DNA from: Cyanophora paradoxa CCMP329
Taxonomy: Eukaryota > Plantae > Glaucophyta
Reading direction: 5' to 3'
Assembly: GCA_004431415.1 (NCBI GenBank)
Contig: QPMI01000109.1
Location: forward strand, 62,001 to 126,000
DNA length: 64,000 nucleotides
Made by a program: the position numbers and the translations under genes. Position 1 is the first letter of the stretch, and each line of letters starts with the position of its first letter. The notes under the pieces were generated by a model. It made no database searches. It was not told where the DNA came from and saw only the letters and a program-made list of their open reading frames with translations. Shown here in pieces: positions 61,230 through 64,000 of the stretch.

Positions 61230-62509
61230 ATGACGCAGCGCGCGCGCCTGAAGCCGGACATGCTCGCCGGCGGGCGGGACAACCTGAGGGCGTTCGAGTA
61301 CGTCGAGCCGGCGGACGGTATCGCGTCGAACCTGCTCATCATGTTTCACGGTGCGCCTTGCGCCTCTCGCGCGGACTCGGTCGCGCTCCGCGCCGCCCGC
61401 AGCGGCGCTCACCGCGAGCGCAGGGCTGGGAGACACACAGGAGAACTTCGCAAAGCTCGCAAAGCGCATGCGTCTCCCGCAGACGGCGGCGCTCGCCGTG
61501 CGGGCGCCGTTCCCGCTGCCGCTCGACATGGGCTGGTGCTGGCACGAGAGCTTCGAACAGGACGGGAGCTGTGCGTGCGGCGACGCCGCGTCTGAACCGC
61601 GCGTCTGAGTCTGGCGCAGTGATCGAGTACGTGCCCGGCGAGAAACGGCGGCTCGCGTCGCTCGCAAGGACGCGCGAGATGGTACTCGACCTGCTGGACG
61701 TCCTGCAGAACAAGTGCGGCTGGAAGCCCGGCGAGATATTCCTCTTCGGCTTCTCTCAGGCGCGCTGATGCCCACCCCGCCGCTCCGCGCCGCGCCGCGC
61801 CGCTGACCCGCCGCACGCGCAGGGGGCGATGGCGGCTTTGGACGCGGCGCTCGCCTCCCCGCGGCCGCTTGGGGGCGTCGTCTGCATATCGCTGAACATT
61901 CTGCAGGCGAGTTCCCTGCCGGCGCCGCCCGCCGCGCCCTCCCGCCGACCTCGCCGGCACAGGAGTGGATGGACGAGCGGAAGCACAGGAAAACGCCGGC
62001 ACCCGAGGCGCGCGGGGGGGCGCCGCGGGGCGGGGCGGGCGGGGGCGGAGGCTGAGGCGGAGGGGGCGGGCAGGTGGCGGCGAGCCGGGAGACGCCGGTG
62101 CTGCTCACGCACGGCGCCCTCGACGACGTCGTCGACATCGACACCGTCCGCGAGGCCGTCCGCCCGCCCCCGCCCCGCCCGCCCCGCCTCGGCCGGCCCC
62201 CACGCGGCGGCAGGTGGCGCAGCTGAAGGCGGAGGGAAGCGTGCGGAGCGCCGACCTGAACGAGTTCAGCAAGGAGCACGGCATGATTTCCAGCGAGGTG
62301 CGGGCCGAGCCGGGGTGGGCCGCGGCCCCCCGCGGCTGCTGCCGCCCTCTCATGCGGGGCGGGGGGCGGCGGCGCAGGCGGAGATGCGGGTGGTGATGGC
62401 GTTCTTCTCGAAGAACCTGAAGCTGCGGAGCGCGGCGCTGGACAAGATGGAGGGCCTCGTCGAGGTCGCCCCCGGCAAGGCCTCCGTCACCCGCGAGCCC
62501 CGGCGATAG
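61230..62509 (+). CDS. Phospholipase/carboxylesterase (abhydrolase_2, acyl-protein thioesterase-like)
   Basis: LIMFHGLGD, GFSQG nucleophile, TPVLLTHGALDDVV, KEHGM (catalytic His). Confidence 0.88.
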
Positions 62510-62673
62510 CGCCCCGCCCCGCCCCCTCGCAACACCGCTTGCACTGGGCTCGACTTCGAATTCGATTTCAAATGCAAGCGGAGGAAATAATCGGAACGAA
62601 AGGATGCGGGGCAAGGGCGGATCGATAGCAAATCCTTGAAACGCCTGTGTAGTCTACCTGCGTAGAATAGCTA

Positions 62674-64000
<1,327 letters not shown>

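Overview
Eukaryotic nuclear DNA: very GC-rich, gene-dense, with many short (~50-90 nt) introns, so the ORF track is mostly noise and genes had to be spliced by eye. A Tat-targeted thylakoid-lumen protein, an RWP-RK factor, an HIR-type SPFH gene and a plant-type USE+TATA Pol III promoter indicate a plastid-bearing alga; a glaucophyte such as Cyanophora is my unverified guess. About 18 protein genes are present, including HAS1/DDX18, a mitochondrial carrier, FIBP, a PHD+ERCC6L-like SNF2, nucleolin, two F-box/LRR genes, a carboxylesterase and ADC synthase. RNA genes are two tRNA-Trp, a nuclear RNase P RNA and an intronic C/D snoRNA; there is also a small MITE. The most notable locus is an ~8.4 kb gene for a bacterial-type TIR - TM - coiled-coil - WD40-like protein with EGF-like modules appended. 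It has type II topology, keeps the putative catalytic Glu, builds its TIR core from 4-23 nt microexons, and lies head-to-head with an HIR/SPFH gene: a candidate algal innate-immune receptor module. Also notable: tRNA-containing inverted repeats bracketing an RWP-RK gene plus a TPR-like paralog, and very frequent GC-AG introns. Gene boundaries, especially starts, are manual estimates.
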